In this document: positions 28,191 to 37,978 of the stretch, piece after piece
How the letters are laid out: each line of letters starts with the position of its first letter
Position numbering within the stretch: position 1 is the stretch's first letter
From: a virus
Lineage: Duplodnaviria > Caudoviricetes
Direction: 5' to 3' (one strand)
Virus record (IMG/VR): IMGVR_UViG_3300035670_000279
Coordinates: 1-53,362 of that record
DNA: 53,362 bases
Position numbers and translations under genes: made by a program
Notes under the pieces: model-generated
The model's input: only the letters and a program-made list of their open reading frames with translations
Database searches by the model: none
Told to the model about the DNA's origin: nothing

Positions 28191-28682
28191 TCAGAAAGGG
28201 ATGTCGTCGTCAAAGTCCATTGGAGGTTCGTTGTATACGGGAGGGGCCGAGTTCGGCTGCGCAGGTCTGCTCTGCTGCTGGCGACTGGCTGGAGCTTGGC
28301 TGGTGCCCTGGCCTTGGCCGCCGCCCTGGGGCTTGCCGCCGAGCATCTGCATCACCCCGCTGAACCCGTCGACCATCACCTCGGTGGTGTAACGCTCCTG
28401 GCCGCTCTGGTCCTGCCACTTCCGGGTCTGCAGCTTGCCCTCGACGTAGACCTGCGATCCCTTTTTCAGGTACTCTCCGGCGACCTCGGCCAGCTTGCCC
28501 ATGAAAACAACCCGGTGCCATTCGGTCTTTTCCTTCGGCTCCCCGGTCTGCTTGTCCTTCCATGTTTCGCTGGTGGCCAGGGTAATATTCGTGACCGCCC
28601 CACCGCTAGGCATGTAGCGCACTTCTGGATCCTGCCCCAAGTTACCGATCAGGATTACTTTGTTGATTCCGCGTGATGCCAT
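28191..28682 (-). CDS. ssb: Single-stranded DNA-binding protein
   Basis: [23 protein letters not shown]... with DFDDDIPF tail; host-like SSB. Confidence 0.97.
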   Translation of the reverse strand: MASRGINKVILIGNLGQDPEVRYMPSGGAVTNITLATSETWKDKQTGEPKEKTEWHRVVFMGKLAEVAGEYLKKGSQVYVEGKLQTRKWQDQSGQERYTTEVMVDGFSGVMQMLGGKPQGGGQGQGTSQAPASRQQQSRPAQPNSAPPVYNEPPMDFDDDIPF

Positions 28683-28739
28683 GATGGCCCTCTCTATCGT
28701 GATGTAAAAATGGCCCCCGGTGCCTGGGGCTGCTTAAAA

Positions 28740-30077
28740 TCAGTTGGTTTCGATGGTCAGTTCGTCGTCGTTGCCGACCCTGGTAACGAACATTTGCAGG
28801 CCGCTCTCGATCGCTGCCTCTCGGAAGGCGCCGAAGGTGCTTTCGTCGAGCACCTCGAGGCCGTCTACGCAGATGATCCCGAGGTCTCCGGCGCGGAGCT
28901 TGGCTATCTCAACCGCGATCTGTACTTGCTGGGCGGTGTTGAGGCGGTCGAATGGTACCCCATCGCGGTAGATCTCACCCTCCTCTACGTATACCCCGGC
29001 GATCGGCAGGTTGCTGAGCATGTCCAGTTTCATCTGGTCGATCTCGCCGAGTGCCTTGGTCTGCTTGCCAGCGTCCTCCTCCAGCTCGGCCAGCTCCTCG
29101 CTCATCTTCTCGATGGTGTCCTGCAGGCTCTTGAGGCGACCTGCCTCCTGCTGGGCCTGCTCGATGTTGGCAAGCTGGCTCTGTACCGCGTTGCGCTGCT
29201 CGCTGAATGCTGTCGCCTCTTTGGTGCGCTTGCCGTTGGCTTTCCGTTCCGTCTCGGCGAGCTCTGCCCGTACCGCGTCGATCTGCTGCTGGGCTTCCAG
29301 CTTGATGGCGTCGATCTTGGTCTGTGCGTCCTGGCGGATGGCTTCGATCTTGTCGTTGGCCTCCGCCGTCATGCCCTGCAGCTTGGTGCTGATGCGGTCC
29401 ATTTCAGCCTGCTCGGCCTGGCCGATCTGCTCCAGCTGGGCGATCAGTTCATCGGCTCCTGGTGGGATGGTTACGCCGCCCTGGGGCAGGGTTCCTTCCA
29501 GCTGGTTGATGGTCGCCTTCTTCTGCTTGATCGCTCCGTTGGTGCCTGTGCGCTGATCGAAAACCTCCTTGCGCACCCGGTCGATGATGTGGAGCGCGTG
29601 GGCCTGCAGGTTGGGGTCTACCCGCATGCCGCTGATCTCCTCCAGTCGCTGCGCATCCAGCTCGATCGGCATGGATTCCAGCAGTACCTGGGCACGGTCC
29701 TTCTTGGTGGCCCGGAGGAAGTCTACCGGGTTAACCGATAGTGCGTCGGTGAGCGCCTTGATGGCCTCTCCTGGGCGCGTGGTAGCCTTCTTGCCGTCCT
29801 GCAGGATCTGGGTGTCGCTCTTGCCTGGTTGGACCCGCTTTACGATCTCCTGGCCGTTTTCGAGTACCAGTACAACCTCGCCCTCGGTGGCGCCGTTGCG
29901 GAGCAGGGTGGCATCGTGGCCGCCTTTGAGCGCCGCCTTTACCGCCTCGAGCACGCTGGTTTTGCCGAGCCCGTTGGCCCCGCGAACCTCGTTGAAGCTG
30001 CCGGCGTCGAAAGTGAGTTCGTCGATGCCCAGGATGTTGCTGATCCGGACGTGGTTGATGTGCATTGGCTTGTTCAT
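28740..30077 (-). CDS. SMC/Rad50-like AAA ATPase
   Basis: Walker A GANGLGKTS, long coiled coil, LNTAQQ signature, Walker B ICVDGLE. Confidence 0.85.
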   Translation of the reverse strand: MNKPMHINHVRISNILGIDELTFDAGSFNEVRGANGLGKTSVLEAVKAALKGGHDATLLRNGATEGEVVLVLENGQEIVKRVQPGKSDTQILQDGKKATTRPGEAIKALTDALSVNPVDFLRATKKDRAQVLLESMPIELDAQRLEEISGMRVDPNLQAHALHIIDRVRKEVFDQRTGTNGAIKQKKATINQLEGTLPQGGVTIPPGADELIAQLEQIGQAEQAEMDRISTKLQGMTAEANDKIEAIRQDAQTKIDAIKLEAQQQIDAVRAELAETERKANGKRTKEATAFSEQRNAVQSQLANIEQAQQEAGRLKSLQDTIEKMSEELAELEEDAGKQTKALGEIDQMKLDMLSNLPIAGVYVEEGEIYRDGVPFDRLNTAQQVQIAVEIAKLRAGDLGIICVDGLEVLDESTFGAFREAAIESGLQMFVTRVGNDDELTIETN

Positions 30078-30152
30078 AGTGTTTCCTTGTGTGAAATATC
30101 CCCGGTTCGCCGGGTCGTTTTGTTTGCGACGTAAATAGTAAACGCTGGATAT

Positions 30153-30398
30153 TTACGTTGCAAATACTTTCAGCAATTTCTTTTTACTGCCTCGCTTTAC
30201 CTCTCGGCGCAGCACCGCCAGCACGCGCTCGCTCGGGGCGCTATCTGCATCAGACCGCCAGATCCGAACCGACATAGGCTGGCAGCACCCCATGGCAGCA
30301 ACCCGCTTGTCGGTTTCACCAACCGGCTCCGCAGGCAGCGCAACGGCCAGCCACAGCTGACGAAACTCGGCCTTGCGCTCCTCCATGCTCATGGACAT
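30153..30398 (-). CDS. Small HTH-like protein, paralogue of 44044-44280
   Basis: ERKAEF..SVRIWRS..PSERVL; overlaps the end of the VRR-NUC gene. Confidence 0.6.
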   Translation of the reverse strand: MSMSMEERKAEFRQLWLAVALPAEPVGETDKRVAAMGCCQPMSVRIWRSDADSAPSERVLAVLRREVKRGSKKKLLKVFAT

Positions 30399-30811
30399 AC
30401 GCCGCCCCCTTGCACGATGCGCAGGGCATCCTCGGCAGAGCTGGCAACGCCACACAGCCCGCCGGCGCGGTGCACGGCGCGCAGGTAGTTGATCTGCTCG
30501 GTGGTTGGCTCCTTGCCTGGTTGCTTCACCTCGATCGCCGTGAATACCGCCAGTGTGGTGCCAACCATTTCGAGAGTGACCACCACCCGGGTCATGCCGT
30601 TGAGGTCAGACACCCCGGGTGGGAGGCCGGTATCGAAGGGCCGCGCCTGCCGGATCAACACGTCGCCAGGCCGCAGGGTAACGGTCACCGGCTCCCGCTT
30701 GGGCCGGAGGATATCGTTGCCAGTCCAGGCCCGGCCGACGTTGGTGCGGAAGTAGGTGCCATAGGGGGAAATTTCTTTCCTGACAATTCGTTGAATATTG
30801 GATTCGAGCAT
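30389..30811 (-). CDS. VRR-NUC family nuclease / Holliday junction resolvase
   Basis: ESNIQ, FRTNVG, GVSDL, AIEVK and TTEQINY motifs. Confidence 0.88.
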   Translation of the reverse strand: MLESNIQRIVRKEISPYGTYFRTNVGRAWTGNDILRPKREPVTVTLRPGDVLIRQARPFDTGLPPGVSDLNGMTRVVVTLEMVGTTLAVFTAIEVKQPGKEPTTEQINYLRAVHRAGGLCGVASSAEDALRIVQGGGVCP

Positions 30812-32292
30812 CAATACCTCGACTGTTTGCGATAGCGGGCCTCAACCTGGCGGCGAGCCCTGAAAGTGTGTTCTGCCCACCCGGGCGAATATCCGAACTT
30901 CTCGGCAATGGCCTGCAGCTCCTCTAGGGTCTTGGCCTTGTAGACGGCTTTTTTCTTCGCGGCTTTGGCCTTCTCCTTGGCGGCCGCTATCTCCTCCTTG
31001 GTCAGCTCCACCAGCACGCCGCCGCGCTCTTTCAGCTCCCGGCCGTTGGTTTGGTAGACGTGGCCACAGCCAGGGCAGATCGGCGACGGGTCGTGCACGT
31101 AGAAGCACTTGGGGCAGACCTTCATGGGCTCGGCCTGCTCGCCGGTTTCCCGCGGCGACTTGACCACCCCATCCAGCGACCAGGCCACCTCGGCATCCGG
31201 CGGCCCATGGCGGTCCCAGTTGCCAACGTGGTCGATGATGTAGGCCCACTCCTTGCCATGGAAGATCCGCAGCACCCGGCCCACCTGCTGGCGGTACAGC
31301 GAGAAACTGGCCGTCGGCCGCAGCAGGATCACAGCGGTGATCGCCGGCAGGTCGAACCCTTCCGACACGATGTCGACGGTGCACAGCACCAGGATCCGGC
31401 CTTCGGTGTAGGCCTCGAGCACATCGTTGCGGGCGTCCTCGTCCATTTCACCGGTGAGCACCGCAGCGGGCACCCCGCCAGCAAGGAAGGCGTCGCAAAC
31501 GTGCTGGGCATGGCGGACGGACACCCCGAACACCACCGCCCGATCCCCGCCGCAGATCCGCTGGTAGTGCAGCACCACGTCGCCGGTGATCCCGGGCTTG
31601 TCCACCAGCGACTCGAGATCGCTTTCGGAGAAGTCGCCGCCCCGCTTGCGCAGGCCAGAAACATCGACGTTGCCAGGCGTATAAACCCGGTACCGGCAGA
31701 GGAAGCCGCGCTCGATCAGCTCGGCCGCAGAGACCCCCTCCACCAGCTCCTCGAAGTATCCGCCGGCGGCCAGCCCCAGGCCCTTACCATCTAGGCGGCA
31801 CGGTGTGGCGGTCACGCCGATGATCTTGGCAGCCGGGTTGGCAGCGACCACCCGCCCCCAAGACGAGCCGGGGGTCACATGGTGGCACTCGTCCACGATC
31901 ATGTAATCGGGCAGCGGCATCGAGCCGATCCGGTTCACCAGCGTTTGAACCGAGGCTACTACCACGTTGGACACCGGCACCACGAATGACTCGCCGCGCT
32001 CCAGGTACTGACGGGAGATCAGACGGCGCACGGTCTTGTCGTTGGCCACCACCTGGTGGCGCACATCAAACCGCGAGATCGACATTGAGATCTGGCTGAT
32101 GATTTCCTTGCGGTGGGCCAGTATCCAGACAGTCTTGCCGCGCGAGGCAACCCCGCTGGCAATCTTTGAGAAACAGACGGTCTTGCCCCCGCCGGTCTGC
32201 AGCACGCCCACGACCGAGCGCACAGAGCGCAGAGCCCCGCGGATCAGACCGACAAAGTCCTCCTGATAATCGCGCAACACTGGCGCGGCCAT
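30811..32292 (-). CDS. Superfamily II DNA helicase with C-terminal zinc finger
   Basis: LRDYQ, TGGGKT, DECHH, TATP, EGFDLP, QQVGR and CPKC..CPGC motifs. Confidence 0.95.
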   Translation of the reverse strand: MAAPVLRDYQEDFVGLIRGALRSVRSVVGVLQTGGGKTVCFSKIASGVASRGKTVWILAHRKEIISQISMSISRFDVRHQVVANDKTVRRLISRQYLERGESFVVPVSNVVVASVQTLVNRIGSMPLPDYMIVDECHHVTPGSSWGRVVAANPAAKIIGVTATPCRLDGKGLGLAAGGYFEELVEGVSAAELIERGFLCRYRVYTPGNVDVSGLRKRGGDFSESDLESLVDKPGITGDVVLHYQRICGGDRAVVFGVSVRHAQHVCDAFLAGGVPAAVLTGEMDEDARNDVLEAYTEGRILVLCTVDIVSEGFDLPAITAVILLRPTASFSLYRQQVGRVLRIFHGKEWAYIIDHVGNWDRHGPPDAEVAWSLDGVVKSPRETGEQAEPMKVCPKCFYVHDPSPICPGCGHVYQTNGRELKERGGVLVELTKEEIAAAKEKAKAAKKKAVYKAKTLEELQAIAEKFGYSPGWAEHTFRARRQVEARYRKQSRY

Positions 32293-32432
32293 AGTACCTC
32301 CGGCAATCAAACAAAAAACGCTTACAGTATAAACAGAGACGCGCGCAAGGTAAAACGGCTTGCTTGTTTACAACGTAAACCCCTCCCGCTACTATTAACC
32401 ACGCAAATTACTTGCACCAAGGAGTTTTTAGG

Positions 32433-33287
32433 ATGACAGAACTTAAACCAGTGGTGCCCTTCGAGGAGTACAAGACACTCCCCGGCGTAAGCACCACCAG
32501 GATCAAGGCGATGGCGCCGACGCCCCAGCATTACTGGGACAAGTACATCAACCCCGATCGCCCACAGGAAAAGGCAGACCCGAGCATGGCGGTAAGCAAC
32601 GCCGCCCGCCTGCTGGTTCACCGGCCAGACGACTGGGAGAGCACCTATGCAACGCTCCCCGATGGGCTCGACAGACGGACAAAGGAAGGAAAGGAGACTT
32701 TCGCCAAGATCGAGGCGCGCGGAGTTACCCCGCTCAAGAAGGAAGAAACCGACCGCGCCCAGGCCATGGCAGAAGCGGTATGCGGTATCGGGATCGCGCA
32801 GGTTCTTTTCACCAACCGAGACGGCATCCACAACGGGGTGATCACATGGGAGGACAGCGACACCGGCCTCACCTGCAAGGTGCTACTCGACTTCCACCTG
32901 CCGCCCTGCGAGCAGTTTGCCAGCGGGGTGATCTGGGCCACTAAGACGGCCGGCGATATCAGCGACGACGGCTTCCGCAAGCAGGCATACAATGCCGGGT
33001 ACCACACCACGGCAGCCATGCAGATCGAAGCCTTCATGCAGCATTACCAGCTGCAGGAGCCGCCGCTCTTTATCTGGGGCGCAGCGACCACCAGCCGGCC
33101 GCACATGGCCCGCCCATTTTACATGACCCCCGAGCAGCACGACGAAGGCCTCCACGAATACCGGAGACTGATCAACCTGCTCAACGAATGCACCACCAAC
33201 GACGAATGGCCTGGATACGACGACGATCTGACGCCGCTCGGCCTGCCGCCTTTTGCCAAGAAACGACTGGAGACCCGCTATGAGTAA
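32433..33287 (+). CDS. Exonuclease VIII/RecE-like PD-(D/E)XK protein (DUF3799-like), catalytic motifs degenerate
   Basis: DRRTKEGK, WEDSDTGLTCK, F..AYNAGYH and EWPGY scaffold motifs. Confidence 0.75.
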   Translation: MTELKPVVPFEEYKTLPGVSTTRIKAMAPTPQHYWDKYINPDRPQEKADPSMAVSNAARLLVHRPDDWESTYATLPDGLDRRTKEGKETFAKIEARGVTPLKKEETDRAQAMAEAVCGIGIAQVLFTNRDGIHNGVITWEDSDTGLTCKVLLDFHLPPCEQFASGVIWATKTAGDISDDGFRKQAYNAGYHTTAAMQIEAFMQHYQLQEPPLFIWGAATTSRPHMARPFYMTPEQHDEGLHEYRRLINLLNECTTNDEWPGYDDDLTPLGLPPFAKKRLETRYE

Positions 33288-34353
33288 TGAAATGACCGTG
33301 TACAACCCCTTCGCTCGCCAAGCGAATGACAGCATCGCCGCCGGCGCGGTAAGCATCGAGAGCGATCGCGCGGTAGCCGAGGCCCAGGGATCTCTGATCC
33401 TGGCCAAGCGCTTCCCCCGGGATCCGGCGCTCTGCTTCACTAAGGCGATGGATGCCTGCAAGCGGCCCAGCCTCGCAGGCGTCGCCTTTTACAGTTTCAA
33501 GCGCGGCAGCGAGATAATCAGCGGCCCCACCATCCGGCTCGCCGAGGAGTTGGCGCGCTGTTGGGGCAACATCGATTTCGGCACCAAGGAACTGAGCCGC
33601 AAGATCGGCGCCGTAGGGCAGGCCGGCGAGAGCGAAATGATGGCCTTCGCCTGGGACAAAGAAACCAACACCATGAGCTCCCAGAGCTTCACGGTGCGCC
33701 ACACCCGCGACAAAACCGGTGGGGCCACGCTGCTCACCAGCGACCGCGACATCTACGAGAAGACCGCCAACGAAGGCGCACGCCGCCTGCGCGCTCGTAT
33801 CTTGGCAGTACTCCCGCCAGACCTGATCGAAGGCGCCATCCAGCAATGCAAGCTGACCCTGCAGGGCGGCAGCGAAATGCCACTCTCCGACCGCATCAAT
33901 CGCATGGTTGCCGCCTTCGGCAAGCTTGGCGTTACCCCGCAGATGCTCATCGAGCACCTCGGCCACCCGATCGCCGATACCACTCCGGACGAGCTGGGCG
34001 ACCTGATCGGTTTCCACAACGCGATCCGGGACAAACAGGCGACCATCGACGAGATCTTCGGCAAGCACCATGAGGAAGTCAAAGGCGCCGCGGCCGAATC
34101 GGTAGCCAAGCTCAAGGCAGCAGCCCAGCCCGGCACCAAGCTGGAGCCGCAGAGCGAGCAGCAGGATAAGCCGAAGGTAACAGCCAGAACACAGGCCCGC
34201 CGCCAGATGACAGACGCGGAGGCAGCCGCTGCGCCTGCACCGCAAGCAGCGGAGACCAAGGCTGAGGAAGTAACCGCTAAGGCAGCAGAACCAGCGCAAG
34301 CGGCAGCCGCAGCCGCTGCCAAAACAGCCCAGCAAGAACAAGATGACTTCTAA
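33280..34353 (+). CDS. Putative recombinase / single-strand annealing protein
   Basis: AKRFPRD, GPTIRLAEELARCWGNI and ARRLRARIL motifs; coupled to the ExoVIII-like gene; acidic DDF tail. Confidence 0.6.
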   Translation: MSNEMTVYNPFARQANDSIAAGAVSIESDRAVAEAQGSLILAKRFPRDPALCFTKAMDACKRPSLAGVAFYSFKRGSEIISGPTIRLAEELARCWGNIDFGTKELSRKIGAVGQAGESEMMAFAWDKETNTMSSQSFTVRHTRDKTGGATLLTSDRDIYEKTANEGARRLRARILAVLPPDLIEGAIQQCKLTLQGGSEMPLSDRINRMVAAFGKLGVTPQMLIEHLGHPIADTTPDELGDLIGFHNAIRDKQATIDEIFGKHHEEVKGAAAESVAKLKAAAQPGTKLEPQSEQQDKPKVTARTQARRQMTDAEAAAAPAPQAAETKAEEVTAKAAEPAQAAAAAAAKTAQQEQDDF

Positions 34354-34380
34354 CCACCAACCAACAGAGAGAGATAGGAT

Positions 34381-34539
34381 ATGAGCGAAGACAAACGCAT
34401 TGATTTGGCTATCCAGTTAAGTGAGAGCGCCGCCAGGGTATTCGCTGCTGGCAAAAATCACAGCAGCCAGGAACTGATGGAGCTCAGCAAGAAGCTGGTT
34501 GATGAAGCCAAACGGCAGCTGGCCATTGTCAACTTCTAA
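34381..34539 (+). CDS. Hypothetical 52-aa protein flanked by 16-bp direct repeats
   Basis: AGGA RBS; ORF MSEDKRIDLAIQL...AIVNF (absent from the supplied ORF track). Confidence 0.6.
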   Translation: MSEDKRIDLAIQLSESAARVFAAGKNHSSQELMELSKKLVDEAKRQLAIVNF

Positions 34540-34583
34540 CCACCAACGAGGGGCGGGCTAACCGCCCCCACAAGGAAACACCT

Positions 34584-35300
34584 ATGAATTTCAACATCGA
34601 TATCGAAGGCATGGCGGCGGCAGCTCTATCTTCTGCTCTGGATCCTGATCGCATTAGCGAGCTGTTGCGCAATAAAATGGTCGAGGTGGTTGAAAGCGCC
34701 ATCAACGATCAATTTAGTTGGCGCTCTGACTTCCAGAAGTTACTCGCTACTGAGATCGCCAAGGCCATGCCGACAGAAGTTGAAGGGCTTGGCCGCTTCT
34801 CTGACGTGGTGGTTAAGGCCGTCACAGAATCTGTGAACGCACATCAATCCGAGTTCGTCCAGAAGGCCGTCGCGGATCGGCTGAAATCCATGCTCAAGCC
34901 ATTGCCTGGCCAAATGAAACTGTCCGATGTTGTTCAGCAAATAATCGACGCTTTCGACGAGCACGACAGAGACGGAAGCGAGTCGCCCACCGTAATATTC
35001 GAGCGGAGCTCTGGCTCCACATCTGGTTATGCCCAGCTCTACATAGATCCAAGATCAGGTCGCGACAGGTACGGCTGCAAGTTCAACGCTCGCCTGCACC
35101 CTGTAGAAGACGACAACCACGACGTGCTCGTGTGCTGGGCGCTTGAAATGGACGATGGCAAGCTGGAAAACAAGCGATTTATCGGCCCGGCGTTCAACGC
35201 AGAGGCATTGCTGCTTAACCTGTACACCGGCCAGGTGAGCATAGAAGTCGACCAAACTAATTTCGATGACGTGTACTACTCAAGCGAAATTTACGACTAA
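34584..35300 (+). CDS. Hypothetical phage protein
   Basis: AAGGA RBS; 238-aa ORF. Confidence 0.7.
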   Translation: MNFNIDIEGMAAAALSSALDPDRISELLRNKMVEVVESAINDQFSWRSDFQKLLATEIAKAMPTEVEGLGRFSDVVVKAVTESVNAHQSEFVQKAVADRLKSMLKPLPGQMKLSDVVQQIIDAFDEHDRDGSESPTVIFERSSGSTSGYAQLYIDPRSGRDRYGCKFNARLHPVEDDNHDVLVCWALEMDDGKLENKRFIGPAFNAEALLLNLYTGQVSIEVDQTNFDDVYYSSEIYD

Positions 35301-35341
35301 GGCTTATACGGCCATCATTATATGTCAACAAGGAAACGATC

Positions 35342-35431
35342 ATGAAAGACATTACCAACCCCATCATATTCCGTGCCGCATGTAACCAACCCATCAGCTC
35401 GACTTGGTCGGGCCTTTTGAAGAGAATTTAA
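35342..35431 (+). pseudogene. Orphan 5' stub resembling the rdgC N-terminus
   Basis: MKDITNPIIFRA versus RdgC MKNVFIRNPNIFRA; has its own AAGGAAA RBS. Confidence 0.45.
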
Positions 35432-35432
35432 C

Positions 35433-36053
35433 ATGTCAATTACCGTTTACATTGAAACAGACAAACCAGAATTACTGGCCGTCCACGAAGGTGTGATGAG
35501 TAGCTACCAGGCATGGGCGAAAGAGCTCGCTGAATTGTCCGAGTCATGGGGGTTTTTCATGTGCCGCTGTTCCGACTTCGGCGTCAGCCCTGAATTCCTG
35601 CTGAAGCGAGAGGATGGTGACAAGAGCCGCAAGGGGCCTGAGATCGAAGGGTTCAAGGGTGGCAGCCTGATCGGCCTCGAAGAAGGTGCCTGCTTCATCT
35701 ACAGCCTGAACAGGCGTAAAGCTGGCAATGAAAAACGAGCAATGCTGGAAAATTTGCGCAAAAAGCATCGCCCAGAAGGAATGGAACAGCACGTATTCGG
35801 CGGGAAAGAAGGGTTCATCTGCAAGCTGCTTGGTTTGAGCAGGGAGCTCTTCACCGGAAACTCTATCCGCTACTCATCCTGCTACAAGCTGGACGGAAAG
35901 CTCATTGTGACCATGCCAGCCGGCAATAGCGCCGATGGCATGGTTATCCCCATAGCCCCAGAAGGTTGGACTGAGATCACCGCAGGTGACTTCCTGTCCA
36001 GGGTGAAAGCGCACAACGACCGCATAAACCAGAAGTCCAAAGCGGCTAAGTAA
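35433..36053 (+). CDS. Hypothetical phage protein
   Basis: 206-aa ORF, co-oriented, more AT-rich than neighbours. Confidence 0.7.
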   Translation: MSITVYIETDKPELLAVHEGVMSSYQAWAKELAELSESWGFFMCRCSDFGVSPEFLLKREDGDKSRKGPEIEGFKGGSLIGLEEGACFIYSLNRRKAGNEKRAMLENLRKKHRPEGMEQHVFGGKEGFICKLLGLSRELFTGNSIRYSSCYKLDGKLIVTMPAGNSADGMVIPIAPEGWTEITAGDFLSRVKAHNDRINQKSKAAK

Positions 36054-36109
36054 TCAGCCACCCACGGCGGGCCCTGGAGCCCGCCCAATAAACAAGAAGG
36101 AAATCCCCC

Positions 36110-37066
36110 GTGAAAAACGTATTCATCAGAAACCCCAACATCTTCCGCGCTACCCTGCCAGCGATCGGCGACGTCCGCATCCAGCTGCAGGAGCTCCCGT
36201 TCAAGGAGATGGAGGCCGGTTCCTCCATGCTCTCCACCCATGGCTTCCTGCCGAACCATGCCACCGGCGAGCTGGTGACGCCGTTCCCTGGCGGATTCGG
36301 CTTCTGCCTGCACCATGACCAGAAGGTGATCCCGCCCAGCGAGGTGAAGAAGGAGCTGGAGCGTCGGGTCAAATCCCACACCGCCACCGGCCTGCCGCTA
36401 ACCCGCAAGGACAAGCAGGCCATCAAGGACGACGTGGTGACCACCCTTGCGTCCCGGGCTTTCACCCGCACCTCCATCGCTGAGTGCTACTACAACGAGA
36501 AGGCCGAGCTGCTGTTCGTGACCGGTTCCGCCAAGCTGGCTCAGTTGGCCGTTGCCATGCTGGTGCGCTGCATCGGCAGCGTGACCACCACCACGATCCA
36601 CGTCGACGGTATCAAGCGCGGGCTGACCACCTGCCTCCAGGCTTTCCAGGCCAAGGAGCGCGAGCAGGACACCCTCTCCGGTGGCGACGATGAGTTCGCC
36701 AACCTCGAGGTCTGCGGCACCATGACCTTGCAGCACCCGGAGACCCGCGAGAAGCTGTCGCTGGACAACATCGAGCCGACCGAGTGCGCCGAGCTGGACT
36801 CCGCCCTGGAGCGCGGGTTCCAGATCACCAGCATCCGCCTGCAGGATGGATCCGGGTTCGAGTTTACCCTGACTGACGGGTTCAAGCTGACCAAGCTGAA
36901 GTGGCCGAGCGTGGAGCACGACAAGGACAGTGATGCTGCCTTCCTCTGGCGCCATGACGCGGCGGTCCAGGTGACCCTGCTGACCAGCGTGGTCGAGCGT
37001 CTGTGCGCGCTGCTGGGCTACCAGGAGCCGAGCGAAGGTGAAGCCTCACCGATCGCAGCTGAGTGA
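36110..37066 (+). CDS. rdgC: Recombination-associated protein RdgC-like
   Basis: NIFRA, GFLP, KVIPPSEVKKEL..RKDKQAIKDDV..RAF and FTLTDGF motifs. Confidence 0.85.
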   Translation: MKNVFIRNPNIFRATLPAIGDVRIQLQELPFKEMEAGSSMLSTHGFLPNHATGELVTPFPGGFGFCLHHDQKVIPPSEVKKELERRVKSHTATGLPLTRKDKQAIKDDVVTTLASRAFTRTSIAECYYNEKAELLFVTGSAKLAQLAVAMLVRCIGSVTTTTIHVDGIKRGLTTCLQAFQAKEREQDTLSGGDDEFANLEVCGTMTLQHPETREKLSLDNIEPTECAELDSALERGFQITSIRLQDGSGFEFTLTDGFKLTKLKWPSVEHDKDSDAAFLWRHDAAVQVTLLTSVVERLCALLGYQEPSEGEASPIAAE

Positions 37067-37076
37067 GGTGGCTGAC

Positions 37077-37385
37077 ATGGACAGCTCGGTACCTGAGAGC
37101 AAGCGCAAGCTCTATGCCGGCGGGATAAGTGCCTGCAATGCCGGCCACAAGAAAACGGCACCAAGCAACCTGAACATGGAGGACCGCCACTGGTGGCTGG
37201 CTGGGTACAGCGATCGCGAGATCGAGATAGCCGCCAAGTCGCTGGCCGACGAGGCCCGCGTGTTGAAGATCAAGAAGGCTGATGCCAGTCGCAAGGCCAA
37301 GGTGGCTGCCAATAACCGCCGCCGGGTCAACGATGGCCTTGAGCGGAAATTTATTGCCGAACAGACGAAAGAGGTGTGGGAATAA
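37077..37385 (+). CDS. Hypothetical protein with Rmf-like motif
   Basis: YAGGISACNAG....P....RHWWLAGY pattern; GAGG RBS. Confidence 0.55.
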   Translation: MDSSVPESKRKLYAGGISACNAGHKKTAPSNLNMEDRHWWLAGYSDREIEIAAKSLADEARVLKIKKADASRKAKVAANNRRRVNDGLERKFIAEQTKEVWE

Positions 37386-37675
37386 TGAGTTTCAAAAAGG
37401 TCTATATTGCTGGCCCGGTGTCTGGGCTCCCTGAGTACAACCGGTCGGCCTTCTTTGCGGAGGCCGAGCGCCAGGCCGAGCTTGGAAGATCGGTGCTCAA
37501 TCCTGCCACACTGCCGGATGGCCTATCCCAGGCTGAGTACATGTCGATATGCCTGCCGATGGTGATGGCGGCCGATGCCATCGTGCTGCTGCCTGGCTGG
37601 GAGCAGTCTGCCGGGGCCACTGCCGAAATGGCTCTGGCGACCAAGCTGGCCAAGGAGGTGATATGCGCGGGGTGA
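37385..37675 (+). CDS. DUF4406 / nucleoside 2-deoxyribosyltransferase-like protein
   Basis: KVYIAGPVSGLPEYN, VLNPA and LPGWEQSAGATAE motifs. Confidence 0.88.
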   Translation: MSFKKVYIAGPVSGLPEYNRSAFFAEAERQAELGRSVLNPATLPDGLSQAEYMSICLPMVMAADAIVLLPGWEQSAGATAEMALATKLAKEVICAG

Positions 37676-37872
37676 TCGTGGTGGCTTGGGCCTGCCTGCT
37701 CGCTGTCCTGGCGACGCAGTGCTGGCCGCCGGTGCGATACCAGCCAGGAGTGCGGTACCCGGTGACGGTGGCCATGGACGTTCCGCCGTGCCGGCCGGTT
37801 GTAGGACTGAACCAGAACTACTGCACCACCAGCGACCCAAGCAAAAGCCTACCCGGCACGCTGGGGATATAG
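37663..37872 (+). CDS. Small membrane or secreted hypothetical protein
   Basis: AAGGAGG RBS; hydrophobic N-terminus. Confidence 0.5.
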   Translation: MRGVIVVAWACLLAVLATQCWPPVRYQPGVRYPVTVAMDVPPCRPVVGLNQNYCTTSDPSKSLPGTLGI

Positions 37873-37877
37873 AAAAT

Positions 37878-37899
37878 GGGCCGATTTCGGCCCTTTTTT
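37878..37899 (+). terminator. Terminator
   Basis: GGGCCGA-TT-TCGGCCC followed by T6. Confidence 0.7.
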
Positions 37900-37978
37900 A
37901 TTGCGTATATATTTACGTTGTAAATGTAATGGGCTAGTATTTGCTCACACAACAAAAATATTGCTCAAGGAAACTGAT

